Source: a virus
Taxonomy: Duplodnaviria; Caudoviricetes
DNA length: 39,375 nt
Direction: 5' to 3' (one strand)
IMG/VR virus record: IMGVR_UViG_3300025670_000138
Location: 1 to 39,375 of that record
Positions 16,450 to 25,957 of the stretch are shown piece after piece. Under the pieces are notes generated by a model. It had not been told where the DNA came from. It saw nothing but the letters and a program-made list of their open reading frames with translations, and searched no databases. Positions within the stretch are counted from its first letter, which is position 1. Every line of letters starts with the position of its first letter. A program made the translations under genes and the position numbers.

Positions 16450-18543
16450 ATGAGTTTAATTCAACATGCAATCCCTAACTTAGCAATGGGAGTCTCACAG
16501 CAACCCTCCAGTTACAGAAAAGATACGCAATCTAAGGAATGTATAAATGCTTGGTCGGGTGTTGTAAGAGGTCTGGAGAAAAGGCCTTCAACAGAGTTTA
16601 TCGCTAAAATATCTGCAGCAATTGATGAGCATGCGTTAGTTCATATCTATGAGCGTGATAGTAAAGAAAAATATATTATTATAATAAAATCTGGAGGCGT
16701 TATAGAGTCTTTCGATTTAGAAACAGGACTTTCTAATACTGTTACTCTAGTTGTTCCGTCCGATTATATTAATGTTACTTATCCGAACAAGGAATTAAAA
16801 GTTGTTACGATAGCTGATAATACTTTTATAGTTAACACGTCTAAACAAACACTTTTAGATGCTTATGTTAGCTCTGGGACAATAAAAACAACAGTACAGA
16901 CTTTCGGTAAACTACCATCTATAGACGATCCTGATTTAGTGGGTGTTGATATACCTGTAGCAGGAGATATCTTTGAGATTGCCGGAGATGCTGAGAACGA
17001 TTTTGATAGTTATTATGTGGAATTTGATGGTGCTGTTTATTTTGAGACAGTGAAGCCTAATCAGCAAAACCGTTTAAATTCTTCAACAATGCCTCATAAA
17101 TTAGTGAGTGAAGCTGATGGGAGTTTTTCTTATGATGTGATTTTATGGGAAGAGCGTATTTCAGGTGATGATGACAGAATACCTGCACCTTCCTTTATAG
17201 ATAACACAATAAACGATATCTTTTTCTACAGAAATCGTCTTGGTTTTATCTCTAAAGATAATGCCGTGTTCAGCGGAGCTGGAGACTTTTTTAATTTCTT
17301 TGGTAAGTCTGCTCAAGCTATCTTAGATGATGATGCTATTGATTTATCCGTACAACATAATAAAGTTTCACATTTAAATCATGCAGTTCCTTTCAATAAA
17401 ACTCTTTTACTTTTTTCAGATAACGTACAGTTTCAATTAGATGCTCAAGAAGCTTTAACACCAGCAACAGTAAGAGCTGATGTTTCTACAGAGTTTGCTT
17501 CTAGTAAAACATGTGTGCCTATAGGTTCAGGTAATAATATTTATTTCTCTTCAAATTATGGAGATTCTTCCGTTATTAGAGAATATTTTATATCTCCAGA
17601 CACTATTACTAATGATGCAGGAGATATTACAGCGCATATACCTTCATATATTCCTAAGAATGTTAAAAAACTTATCACAAGTGAACAGAATGATTTCATT
17701 ATCGCTCTTATAGAAAAATCTAATGAAGTTTATGTCTATAATTTTATGTGGTCAGGCTCTGAGAAAATTCAATCAGCTTGGCATAAATGGGTCTTTAGTG
17801 AAGAAACTGAAGTCTTATCTGCAGAAGTTTTTCAAAATAATATTTATTTTATTTTAGCTAAAAGTGATGGTGTTTATCTTGAAAAGATGAATATCGAATT
17901 AACAAAAACAGAAGTAGATCTCCCTATATCTATCTTATTAGATCGTAAGACTAATCTAACAGGAATTTACTCAAGTGTTACTAATAAGACAACTTTTACT
18001 TTCCCCTATCAAGTACAGGCTTCTGAAGAAGCTGTTGCAGTATTATCTGGAGGATTTGTAGGTAAAGAAGGTTTAATGTTGAACTTAACTGAAGTTTCTA
18101 ACAATCAATATGAAGTTTCAGGTAATTATAGTTCTTCTTCAGTTTATGCGGGGGTTAACTATAACTTTTCTTATACTTTCTCAGAGTTTTTCGTTAGGGA
18201 TAATGATAGCGTACCTATTGATTTTGGAAGACTTCAATTAAGAAATTTATCTTTGAGATATTCAGATACCGCTTATTTTGACGTGGTTGTTGAGCCTCTT
18301 TATAGAGAACCAGAATATCAATCTTATAGAAACTCCACGTTACAAGCTTTTACTGCTAATAACTTAGGTGGGTCAGAGACAATTGTAGGTGGGATAACAC
18401 TAGGCAGTGGAGACATTACAGTTCCAGTTTTGTCTGATAGTACAAAAGTAAAAATAACAATAAATAATAATACGTATAGAACCTGTAGCTTTCAATCAGC
18501 CGCATGGGAAGGAATCGCAACTAATAGATCAAAAAGGATATAA
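16450..18543 (+). CDS. Tail tubular protein B (T7 gp12-like)
   Basis: IPNL..GVSQQP, GLEKRP, PSF, FFYRNRLGF, DITAHIP.YI and QSAWHKW motifs. Confidence 0.95.
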   Translation: MSLIQHAIPNLAMGVSQQPSSYRKDTQSKECINAWSGVVRGLEKRPSTEFIAKISAAIDEHALVHIYERDSKEKYIIIIKSGGVIESFDLETGLSNTVTLVVPSDYINVTYPNKELKVVTIADNTFIVNTSKQTLLDAYVSSGTIKTTVQTFGKLPSIDDPDLVGVDIPVAGDIFEIAGDAENDFDSYYVEFDGAVYFETVKPNQQNRLNSSTMPHKLVSEADGSFSYDVILWEERISGDDDRIPAPSFIDNTINDIFFYRNRLGFISKDNAVFSGAGDFFNFFGKSAQAILDDDAIDLSVQHNKVSHLNHAVPFNKTLLLFSDNVQFQLDAQEALTPATVRADVSTEFASSKTCVPIGSGNNIYFSSNYGDSSVIREYFISPDTITNDAGDITAHIPSYIPKNVKKLITSEQNDFIIALIEKSNEVYVYNFMWSGSEKIQSAWHKWVFSEETEVLSAEVFQNNIYFILAKSDGVYLEKMNIELTKTEVDLPISILLDRKTNLTGIYSSVTNKTTFTFPYQVQASEEAVAVLSGGFVGKEGLMLNLTEVSNNQYEVSGNYSSSSVYAGVNYNFSYTFSEFFVRDNDSVPIDFGRLQLRNLSLRYSDTAYFDVVVEPLYREPEYQSYRNSTLQAFTANNLGGSETIVGGITLGSGDITVPVLSDSTKVKITINNNTYRTCSFQSAAWEGIATNRSKRI

Positions 18544-18545
18544 GT

Positions 18546-19079
18546 ATGTATAAAGTAAGGATAAAAGATCTACCTGAAGGAATTGAAATAAGGCCTTTCA
18601 TGGAAAAAGATTTCGAAATAATAAAAAGGCTACGAAAGATTGATGTTAGAGAAATAACACGAGACATTCCTGAAGAAGAACGTGAAGCTTCTGCTGAAGC
18701 TGCTCTTAGGTTAAATGTCTTAGAGTCTCATGAAACATGGGCTTTTGTAAAAGATGGTGTAATAGAAGGTTTATGTGGGTTTAGTTACACAGAAGAATGT
18801 GAATATATGCATCCTATGTTACTCATCACTGATAATTTTTTCACAATGTGGTCTACGCGACAGATGCTTGTACATGTAACAGATATTTTAAAATATATAT
18901 GCTCTTTTAATAAGCCTCTTATAAATTTAGTAGCTGAAGAAAATAAGACGGTCATTCGTTGGTTGTCTTTTCTTGGTTTTACTTTTGAAGATTATTTTGA
19001 TGATCTCGAAGTTGATGGCTATATTTATAAATTCTTCTACTTAAAAGCAGGAGGGAAATTCAAATGTGTGGAGCAATAA
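18546..19079 (+). CDS. Internal virion protein A (T7 gp13-like, GNAT-like fold)
   Basis: LR..D..E and L.N.V...N...IRWL..LGF.F motifs; synteny. Confidence 0.75.
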   Translation: MYKVRIKDLPEGIEIRPFMEKDFEIIKRLRKIDVREITRDIPEEEREASAEAALRLNVLESHETWAFVKDGVIEGLCGFSYTEECEYMHPMLLITDNFFTMWSTRQMLVHVTDILKYICSFNKPLINLVAEENKTVIRWLSFLGFTFEDYFDDLEVDGYIYKFFYLKAGGKFKCVEQ

Positions 19080-19585
19080 TAGGATTAGCTATCTCAGCTG
19101 TTACAGCGATAGCCTCAGGTGTTGCGCAAGCTAAACAAGCTGAACAACAACAAGCAGCTATCGAAGCTGAGATGGTTAGACAACAAGAATTGATGGATAT
19201 AAAAGCACGTCAAGAAGGAGAGGAGGCTTCACAGCAAATGTCTGAGAGAGCTTTAGAGGCACGTAAAGAAAGGTCTCGGCTTAATGTAGCTGCAGGTGAA
19301 TCAGGGCTTGGAGGTCTATTAACGGAACGCTTTCAAGACCAATCTATTTTTGATGAAGGGTTTGATATTGCCGCTATAGAATCAAATAGAGCCGCCGTAT
19401 CTGACCAAAACAAATTAGAAAGGGAAGGGATTAATGCAAAAGGATTATCACAAATAAATTCTTTAGATAGGCCTTCAGCGTTAGATATAGGATTGAACAT
19501 CGCAGGAAGTGTTGCTAATACAGGACATCAAGAGGGATGGTTTAAATCTAAAAAGACTTCAGTAGCTCCTCTAAAAATTAAATAA
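19064..19585 (+). CDS. Internal virion protein B (T7 gp14-like)
   Basis: MC start, hydrophobic N-terminus, Q/A-rich helix, AAGESGL.G; synteny. Confidence 0.8.
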   Translation: MCGAIIGLAISAVTAIASGVAQAKQAEQQQAAIEAEMVRQQELMDIKARQEGEEASQQMSERALEARKERSRLNVAAGESGLGGLLTERFQDQSIFDEGFDIAAIESNRAAVSDQNKLEREGINAKGLSQINSLDRPSALDIGLNIAGSVANTGHQEGWFKSKKTSVAPLKIK

Positions 19586-19599
19586 AAGGAAATTTTAAA

Positions 19600-21756
19600 A
19601 TGGCACAAAAAAAGAAGAATAACCCGTTGGGAGGCGGGTTAATTGGGCATGGCTCGATTAAACAAAAAGTAGTGGCTTCTCCCGTTAATACTTTAGTGAT
19701 GCCTTCAACAGACTCTACTTTTTCTAGTCTTGCTTCAGCTCTTGGGGTTGTAAGTCCCTATGTCAATAAAATAGCGGATAGACAAGATAAAAGAGATAAA
19801 CAAAAGGATATGCTTAAAGGTCAAAAAGATGCTTCACAAAACTTTAGTGGAACAGATGAAGGCGCTTTTAATGATGATCAATCTCATGCTTACCAAAAAG
19901 CTTATATGCAAACTTTTGCTAAAAAGAAAGCGATCATATGGAAAAACAATCTTATTGAAGAATATGAAAATGAAGAGGTTTTTAATAAGAGTACAGACAG
20001 TCTACCAGAGTTTATAAAAGAACGTTTAGACGCTCAATTGGATGGAGTAGAAGATGAGGATTATCTCAGAGGATTTACTTCTGAAGCTCAGAGAGCTATT
20101 GAAAGCTTAGGAAGCAAATACACTAACACACAAATAACAAATAGAGACATACAAGCGCAAGATGCTGCATTTGTTATTATTGATGATATTCTGAAGAGTG
20201 TGGATAGTGGAGAGATGTCTGTAGAGGAAGGACAAAAACGTGTAAAGACTTTTGAGGATAAAGGGACCTTAGAAAGAACACAACTTATCCCTATACTTAA
20301 ATCTGCAGCAACAGAACATTCTATTAAAGGTAAGCATTCTGCTACTCTTAATATCTTTGGTGGTATTGATGGTATGAAAGAGGTAGGAGAACAAAGAACT
20401 TCAGAGCATATAGCAAGGTTACAAGCAGGTATGACTCAAAGAGAGCAGAAGGCTGCACAAGGTCTAGAAAAAGAGAATTCTTGGTTTGAAAAGCGTCGCA
20501 TCTTGGAAGAATATAGGAAGATACCTATAGAGCAGGTGGAGAAAAGAGAATCTTTTAGGTTAGACAATAATGCTTATTTTCAAGGTAGATTTAAAAAAGA
20601 TGTTTTTTCTCCTAAACAGGCTGTTTCTGATAATGCAGCGTCAATACAAGAGGTGGAATTTAATGATTCTGCGTCTTTCACTTTAAGACTCTTAGAGATG
20701 CCTGGAGAAGACCTTTCTGAAGAAGAGCTTTTTGCTTTAAAAGAGAATATTAAACATCCAGAGGTACAAGCGAAAGTTAAAGTAGCGATAGCTCAGAAGT
20801 TTAAGGAGATTTCCGATTTAGAGGCTAAAGAAGGGCAAGCAAAAGATATTCCTGATTCTTTTGCTTATATTTCTTCTGTAACTTCTAATAGGGCAGAGAT
20901 TCCTAAGACGGTAATTGAAGGGTTTAATTTACCTTTCGTGGCTCATAATTTTGAAACTTTACAGAACAACGCTTTATTATTAAATAATATGTCCACTTCT
21001 CAAGATAGTAAGCATAGAAACTTTGCTTCAAAAGTGATGCAGAGTCTTCCAAATGAATTACAGGACAAGTACGCTTATATTAATATTTTAACACAAAGAG
21101 GATATGATGAAACACAAATCAATTCCACGTTAGAGGAATATGCTTTAGGTAATATAGAGGGAGTTACTCCTTTTGATGTCACACGCTCTAAAGATGTTTT
21201 GAATTATGTCTCTACTTTTGTAGATAAGAAAGAGGATGTTACACCTAATTTTAGCAGATCTATGAAGGAAGATATAGGTAATTATGTTGATGATATCCTT
21301 AAAAGACCAGGATTTAATGGGAATGTTGAAGATGCTACGGAAATAGCTTATAGAAATTATAATACAAACTCTATACCTATCATAATGGCTGACAGTAAAT
21401 CCATGCGTATAGGAAATCAAGGAGGTTCTATTAAACAAGAAGATTTTGCTTATTATGATACGACTGTTAAAGCTTTTTCTACGACTTTCTTAAAAAAAGG
21501 TTTTATAACCAAGGAGCAAGCTAAAGATTTTTTAGTTATTCCACAAATTGAAAGGAATAGTAAAGGTGAAACTTTTATAACTTTTTATAATAAAGAAGGA
21601 CTTCTTCTAAGTTCCAAAGATTTAGGTATAAAAGATAGCTCCTTAAGTGGTTTTAAAGATTTCATGATACATAATCACCTTAAATCTAAAGAACAAAAAA
21701 AGAATAATTCTGAAGAAATAAGTACATCTAGCCCTTCATTTGGAGGATTTTTTTAA
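19600..21756 (+). CDS. Internal virion protein C (gp15 position)
   Basis: 718 aa helical protein between the gp14 and gp16 positions; assignment by synteny. Confidence 0.65.
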   Translation: MAQKKKNNPLGGGLIGHGSIKQKVVASPVNTLVMPSTDSTFSSLASALGVVSPYVNKIADRQDKRDKQKDMLKGQKDASQNFSGTDEGAFNDDQSHAYQKAYMQTFAKKKAIIWKNNLIEEYENEEVFNKSTDSLPEFIKERLDAQLDGVEDEDYLRGFTSEAQRAIESLGSKYTNTQITNRDIQAQDAAFVIIDDILKSVDSGEMSVEEGQKRVKTFEDKGTLERTQLIPILKSAATEHSIKGKHSATLNIFGGIDGMKEVGEQRTSEHIARLQAGMTQREQKAAQGLEKENSWFEKRRILEEYRKIPIEQVEKRESFRLDNNAYFQGRFKKDVFSPKQAVSDNAASIQEVEFNDSASFTLRLLEMPGEDLSEEELFALKENIKHPEVQAKVKVAIAQKFKEISDLEAKEGQAKDIPDSFAYISSVTSNRAEIPKTVIEGFNLPFVAHNFETLQNNALLLNNMSTSQDSKHRNFASKVMQSLPNELQDKYAYINILTQRGYDETQINSTLEEYALGNIEGVTPFDVTRSKDVLNYVSTFVDKKEDVTPNFSRSMKEDIGNYVDDILKRPGFNGNVEDATEIAYRNYNTNSIPIIMADSKSMRIGNQGGSIKQEDFAYYDTTVKAFSTTFLKKGFITKEQAKDFLVIPQIERNSKGETFITFYNKEGLLLSSKDLGIKDSSLSGFKDFMIHNHLKSKEQKKNNSEEISTSSPSFGGFF

Positions 21757-21777
21757 AAAGAAATAACACAAAAACAT

Positions 21778-21816
21778 AGCCTCGCCTTCTCACTTTAGAG
21801 ATCGCGAGGCTTTTTT
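21778..21816 (+). terminator. Intrinsic terminator
   Basis: AGCCTCGC...GCGAGGCT followed by TTTTT. Confidence 0.75.
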
Positions 21817-21830
21817 ATAGGTAAAATAAA

Positions 21831-24800
21831 ATGGCACAAAATATATTAGATACACGAATAAGAGATATCACAGATAAGGATGTGGCAATAGCTACAAACC
21901 TTCAAGAAACTGAAAGGGAGAAAGCTTATGATAAATCCACTGCTGGAGAAATCTTTAAATCCTCGGTAAATCTTTTTGGAGGAGTAACAGCGGCTGCTAG
22001 AGAAGTAGATATTCAAGTTCAGACATATGATGAACCTGATGATAGAGAAAGTGTTTCTGATCTTTATGATAATAAGTCTAAATGGTTTAAACAATGGATT
22101 GATGGTAATGATGTTCCTATGGAAAACTACACAGAGATGCTTCATGGAGGTATTTCTAAGAAAGAAGCTCAATTACGAATTCAACAATACTTAGCTTTAG
22201 ATTTTGATAGAAAGACTTATGAAAATGCGCCAGCTGGTGTTAAGGCTATTAATACCTTAGGAGCTCTTGCGATAGACCCTACTATACTTGTTCCTGGAAG
22301 TGCTACTTATAAAGTGGTTAATACAGCTGCAGCAGGGTCAAGAGCGATAAAAATAGCTAAAACAGCGGCAGAATTTGGTATTTCATCTATAGCTTATGAG
22401 TCTATCCTAGCTAAAAATAGCTCATCTTATAGTTCAGAACAAGTTTTGCATGGTGTTGCTATGGCGTCAGCTGTAGGCGGTATTTTTGGTAGTTTTGGTA
22501 AAGTAAATAGATCACTTTCAGATAACTTAGCTGAACAATATAGAATACAAAACACTGCTCTTGATAGAGTAGAAGCTGAAGTTAATGCTTTAGGTAAGTC
22601 TCCTTTCGAGGTCGAAAGACTTAATAAGATTGTCTATGGTAATGCTAATAAGAAAAATGCCTATAATACCTTAAATAATTCAGGTGAAGGTTTTCCAAAG
22701 ATAACATCTGAAGGGCGTTATTCACTTGAGGTCTCTGATGACTTTAGAACAGCTCTTGTGAAAGAGAATGATGAAGCGCTTTTTTATGATAAAACTTTAA
22801 GTAAATTCACTGATGATGTTGCTGATAATACAATGTCTGTAGCTGATAAAAAGCTTCTAAGTAATGAGATTAATTCGTTAAAATTTAAAACTCAAGGAAG
22901 TAAAGAAGCTCTTGAATTGAAAGCTCTTAATGCTGAGCGAGAAGCTTTAACTCCTTTAAGAAATACTATAAATAAAGGTTCTAAAAAAGGAAAAAGAAAA
23001 GGTGAAATAGGCTCAAAAACAAAAAATAAGATTAAAACATTAGATAAACGTATACAAAGTCTTAAAGATAAACAAGCTATACATCTTAAAGATCTGAAGA
23101 GTTTAGAAACTAAAGCTTCACAAGCTTCACAAGCTAGCCATTCTGCTGCAAGACTTACTTTTATGAAGAATCTTAAAGCTAAAGGCTTTTCTGATACTCA
23201 AATAGTGAGAGCACTCACTGAAGGTCTTTCGGCTAAACAATTAGGTAAAAAACTAGGAGATGAAGGAGACCCTATTGCTCTTTTATATGCTTCAGAAGGA
23301 CAAAGAAAGATAGCAAATAATTCTTATGCTTCAGAAGTTAAAGTACCTGATGATCTTTTGCATGATTTTATACCACAGAGTTCAAAAGGTTCTAAGAAAG
23401 TAGAGGCGGAAGTTAAAGAAAATATTTCTAAAGCTCCCTCAAAAGAAGAAGAGGCTCTTAGAGTTGCTAAAAATAATAAGGAAGCTATAGATCTTAGTGA
23501 TCTTGAAGCGAATTATAACCCTTTGACAAATAAAGTAGAGCTACAAGAAATCTCTAATGAGGTGTCTAAAGCTAAAACCTATTGGTTTAATTTAATTAAA
23601 GGACAAGTAACTTCTCTTAAAAAATCAGACAATAAATTTTCAAGATACTTTGGAGATCGTATAGCTTCAAGTGGAACAGCAAATAAAAATGCAGCTTCAG
23701 AAACTAAAGTCATTAACTCTGGAGAGATCAAAGACGGAATTATTCAACCTTACATTGAGCATTATGTTCAAAATATGGAAGCTCTTTTAAATAAAGTGTC
23801 TACTTTAACAGGTAAGGGAGGCTTTGGATCACGCCAAGAACTGACAAGAGCTTTTACAGAAGAGAGTTTTAAGTTAGCTCATGGTATACAGCCTTCAAAA
23901 TTTATAAAAGGAAAAGGGTATGAAGAAGTAGTCCAATACACAAAGATGGTTAAAGAACATTTTAAGCGTTTACGTGATGAGGCAAAAAAAGATGGTTTTG
24001 ATGTTGGTGATATCAAAGATTATGTCCCACATAAATATAATATGGATAAAATCAACCTTTTTATGCATGAATTTGGTCAAAATAAAGGGTTTAGATTACT
24101 TAAAGATGGGTTTAAGCAAGGAATTTTGGCTAAAAACAGTAAACTTTCGGAAAAAGAAGGTGAATTGGTAGCTAATGCTTTTACAGAATCTGTAACAACT
24201 CTAGCAAGAAACGGTTCTATCTCTCATAGAACAGATGTTTCACAACTTGTTAAAGAAGAGTTGCACGCTAACCTTAAGAGATTAGATCTTGCTGATAATG
24301 AGATAGAGACTTTACTTTATCGCTTCTCTAAAAAAGAAGATGATAATATTATTTCACCTTTAAGATCTCGTATGGAGATGGATTTATCTGTAATTATTCC
24401 AACAGGAGAAGGTAATTTTATACACTTAGCTGATATTTTTCAAACAGATATGCACGCTCTTTATAAATCAGCTTTAGGACAAGTTTCAGGAGCTAGAAGT
24501 CTTTTATTAAATAAAGGATTAAAGATAAGAGGTAAACAAGATGTTAAAGACTTATTAGGGCTTGTAGGAAAAGAAGGTCAAAGATTAGGGCACTCTAAAG
24601 CACAAATAGCTAAAGAACAAGACTCTATAAAAGAACTTATCACTCAAGTTTTACATAAACCTATTGAAGATTTAAACACGGATATCAATAAATTTTTACA
24701 AACTATCGGAGGAATAACAGGTGGATCAATGATGGGAAGCTTAGCTTTCTCTCAAACAGCGGAGGCTGGGAATATCTTAGGGACAATCCTTAAGAGAGGT

Positions 24801-25895
24801 ATGGCGGCAGACCCTGTGTTGTCTTCAGTACTTTCCAAAGCTTCTAAAGGACTTATTACTAAAGATGAAGCAGTTTATTTGTCTTATTTTGGAAGGACTA
24901 ATCTTGCACAATCTACAAGAAATCATATAAAAGGAACTCAAGAGTATCTTGATGATGTTGCAAACGCTTCATTCTTAGATAAAGCTCGTGGATTTTCTTC
25001 AGATTTTGAGAATTTAACTCATAGAACTAACTTAGCGGCCCCAATGACAGATACTTTTCATGATGTTGCTATAATTGATGGTCTTGAAGCTCTAAAAGGG
25101 CATGCTTTAGGGAAGAATCTTTTACAGGAGAGTAAACTTAAACATTTAGGTTTATCTTCGAAACACACAGAGACTATCTCAAAGCATATAAGAAAATACC
25201 TAAAAAATGGGGATGATATAACTTTTGATTCTATGCAAATAGAGAAATTAGACCCTGTAGTTAAAGCTGTTCTTTTAAATTCTTTAAAAAGACACGCGGA
25301 TACAATGATTCAAGTCGTAAGATTAGGAGAGAAACCTCGTTTCTTTAATACACAGCTTGGAGGTTTTATAGGTAAATTCCGTATGTTCTCTTTAGTTTCA
25401 ACAGAGAAATCTTTAGCTGCTGGTCTTGCTATAAAAGACCCAACTATGGTTACAAGAGCTTTAGCTCAATTATCTTTTGCATCTATTGGATACGTAGGAA
25501 GAGTCTATTCTAAAGCTTATCTTTTAGATGAAAAAGTTAGGAATAAGTACTTAGAGAAGAACCTTACTTTAGAACATATTCTTAAAGCAGGGGTTTCTAA
25601 TACTTCACTACTTGGTGCATTACCTATGTTTATGTCTCCAGCGAGTGTTGCTATTTTAGGTGAAGATATCACCTCTGCTTATCACGGTTCTGGTACTGGA
25701 AACTTAAGTTCTCCAAATATCGTTACGCTAAAGAGGATGTTAACTGCAGGTTATGATGTTAGAAATTTCATAGAAAACAGAGGATTAACTCAAAGTGAAG
25801 CTTCAAATCTAATGAGTCTTATAGGTATAAAGTCCCATATAGCTACTTCAGCTGCTGCTGGTGCAATCATCAATAGTTTACCTGAAGAGCTTTAA
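21831..25895 (+). CDS. Internal virion protein D (gp16 position)
   Basis: 1354 aa, upstream of tail fibre; C-terminal half with YVPH.Y and G..P.F....G....FR.F patterns; no catalytic domain recognised. Confidence 0.75.
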   Translation: MAQNILDTRIRDITDKDVAIATNLQETEREKAYDKSTAGEIFKSSVNLFGGVTAAAREVDIQVQTYDEPDDRESVSDLYDNKSKWFKQWIDGNDVPMENYTEMLHGGISKKEAQLRIQQYLALDFDRKTYENAPAGVKAINTLGALAIDPTILVPGSATYKVVNTAAAGSRAIKIAKTAAEFGISSIAYESILAKNSSSYSSEQVLHGVAMASAVGGIFGSFGKVNRSLSDNLAEQYRIQNTALDRVEAEVNALGKSPFEVERLNKIVYGNANKKNAYNTLNNSGEGFPKITSEGRYSLEVSDDFRTALVKENDEALFYDKTLSKFTDDVADNTMSVADKKLLSNEINSLKFKTQGSKEALELKALNAEREALTPLRNTINKGSKKGKRKGEIGSKTKNKIKTLDKRIQSLKDKQAIHLKDLKSLETKASQASQASHSAARLTFMKNLKAKGFSDTQIVRALTEGLSAKQLGKKLGDEGDPIALLYASEGQRKIANNSYASEVKVPDDLLHDFIPQSSKGSKKVEAEVKENISKAPSKEEEALRVAKNNKEAIDLSDLEANYNPLTNKVELQEISNEVSKAKTYWFNLIKGQVTSLKKSDNKFSRYFGDRIASSGTANKNAASETKVINSGEIKDGIIQPYIEHYVQNMEALLNKVSTLTGKGGFGSRQELTRAFTEESFKLAHGIQPSKFIKGKGYEEVVQYTKMVKEHFKRLRDEAKKDGFDVGDIKDYVPHKYNMDKINLFMHEFGQNKGFRLLKDGFKQGILAKNSKLSEKEGELVANAFTESVTTLARNGSISHRTDVSQLVKEELHANLKRLDLADNEIETLLYRFSKKEDDNIISPLRSRMEMDLSVIIPTGEGNFIHLADIFQTDMHALYKSALGQVSGARSLLLNKGLKIRGKQDVKDLLGLVGKEGQRLGHSKAQIAKEQDSIKELITQVLHKPIEDLNTDINKFLQTIGGITGGSMMGSLAFSQTAEAGNILGTILKRGMAADPVLSSVLSKASKGLITKDEAVYLSYFGRTNLAQSTRNHIKGTQEYLDDVANASFLDKARGFSSDFENLTHRTNLAAPMTDTFHDVAIIDGLEALKGHALGKNLLQESKLKHLGLSSKHTETISKHIRKYLKNGDDITFDSMQIEKLDPVVKAVLLNSLKRHADTMIQVVRLGEKPRFFNTQLGGFIGKFRMFSLVSTEKSLAAGLAIKDPTMVTRALAQLSFASIGYVGRVYSKAYLLDEKVRNKYLEKNLTLEHILKAGVSNTSLLGALPMFMSPASVAILGEDITSAYHGSGTGNLSSPNIVTLKRMLTAGYDVRNFIENRGLTQSEASNLMSLIGIKSHIATSAAAGAIINSLPEEL

Positions 25896-25906
25896 AGAAA
25901 CACAAC

Positions 25907-25931
25907 GAGACCCTCATTTAGGGGGTCTTTT
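25907..25931 (+). terminator. Intrinsic terminator
   Basis: GAGACCCTC-ATTTA-GGGGGTCTTTT. Confidence 0.7.
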
Positions 25932-25957
25932 ATAATAAATTAAAAGGAATTAAAAAT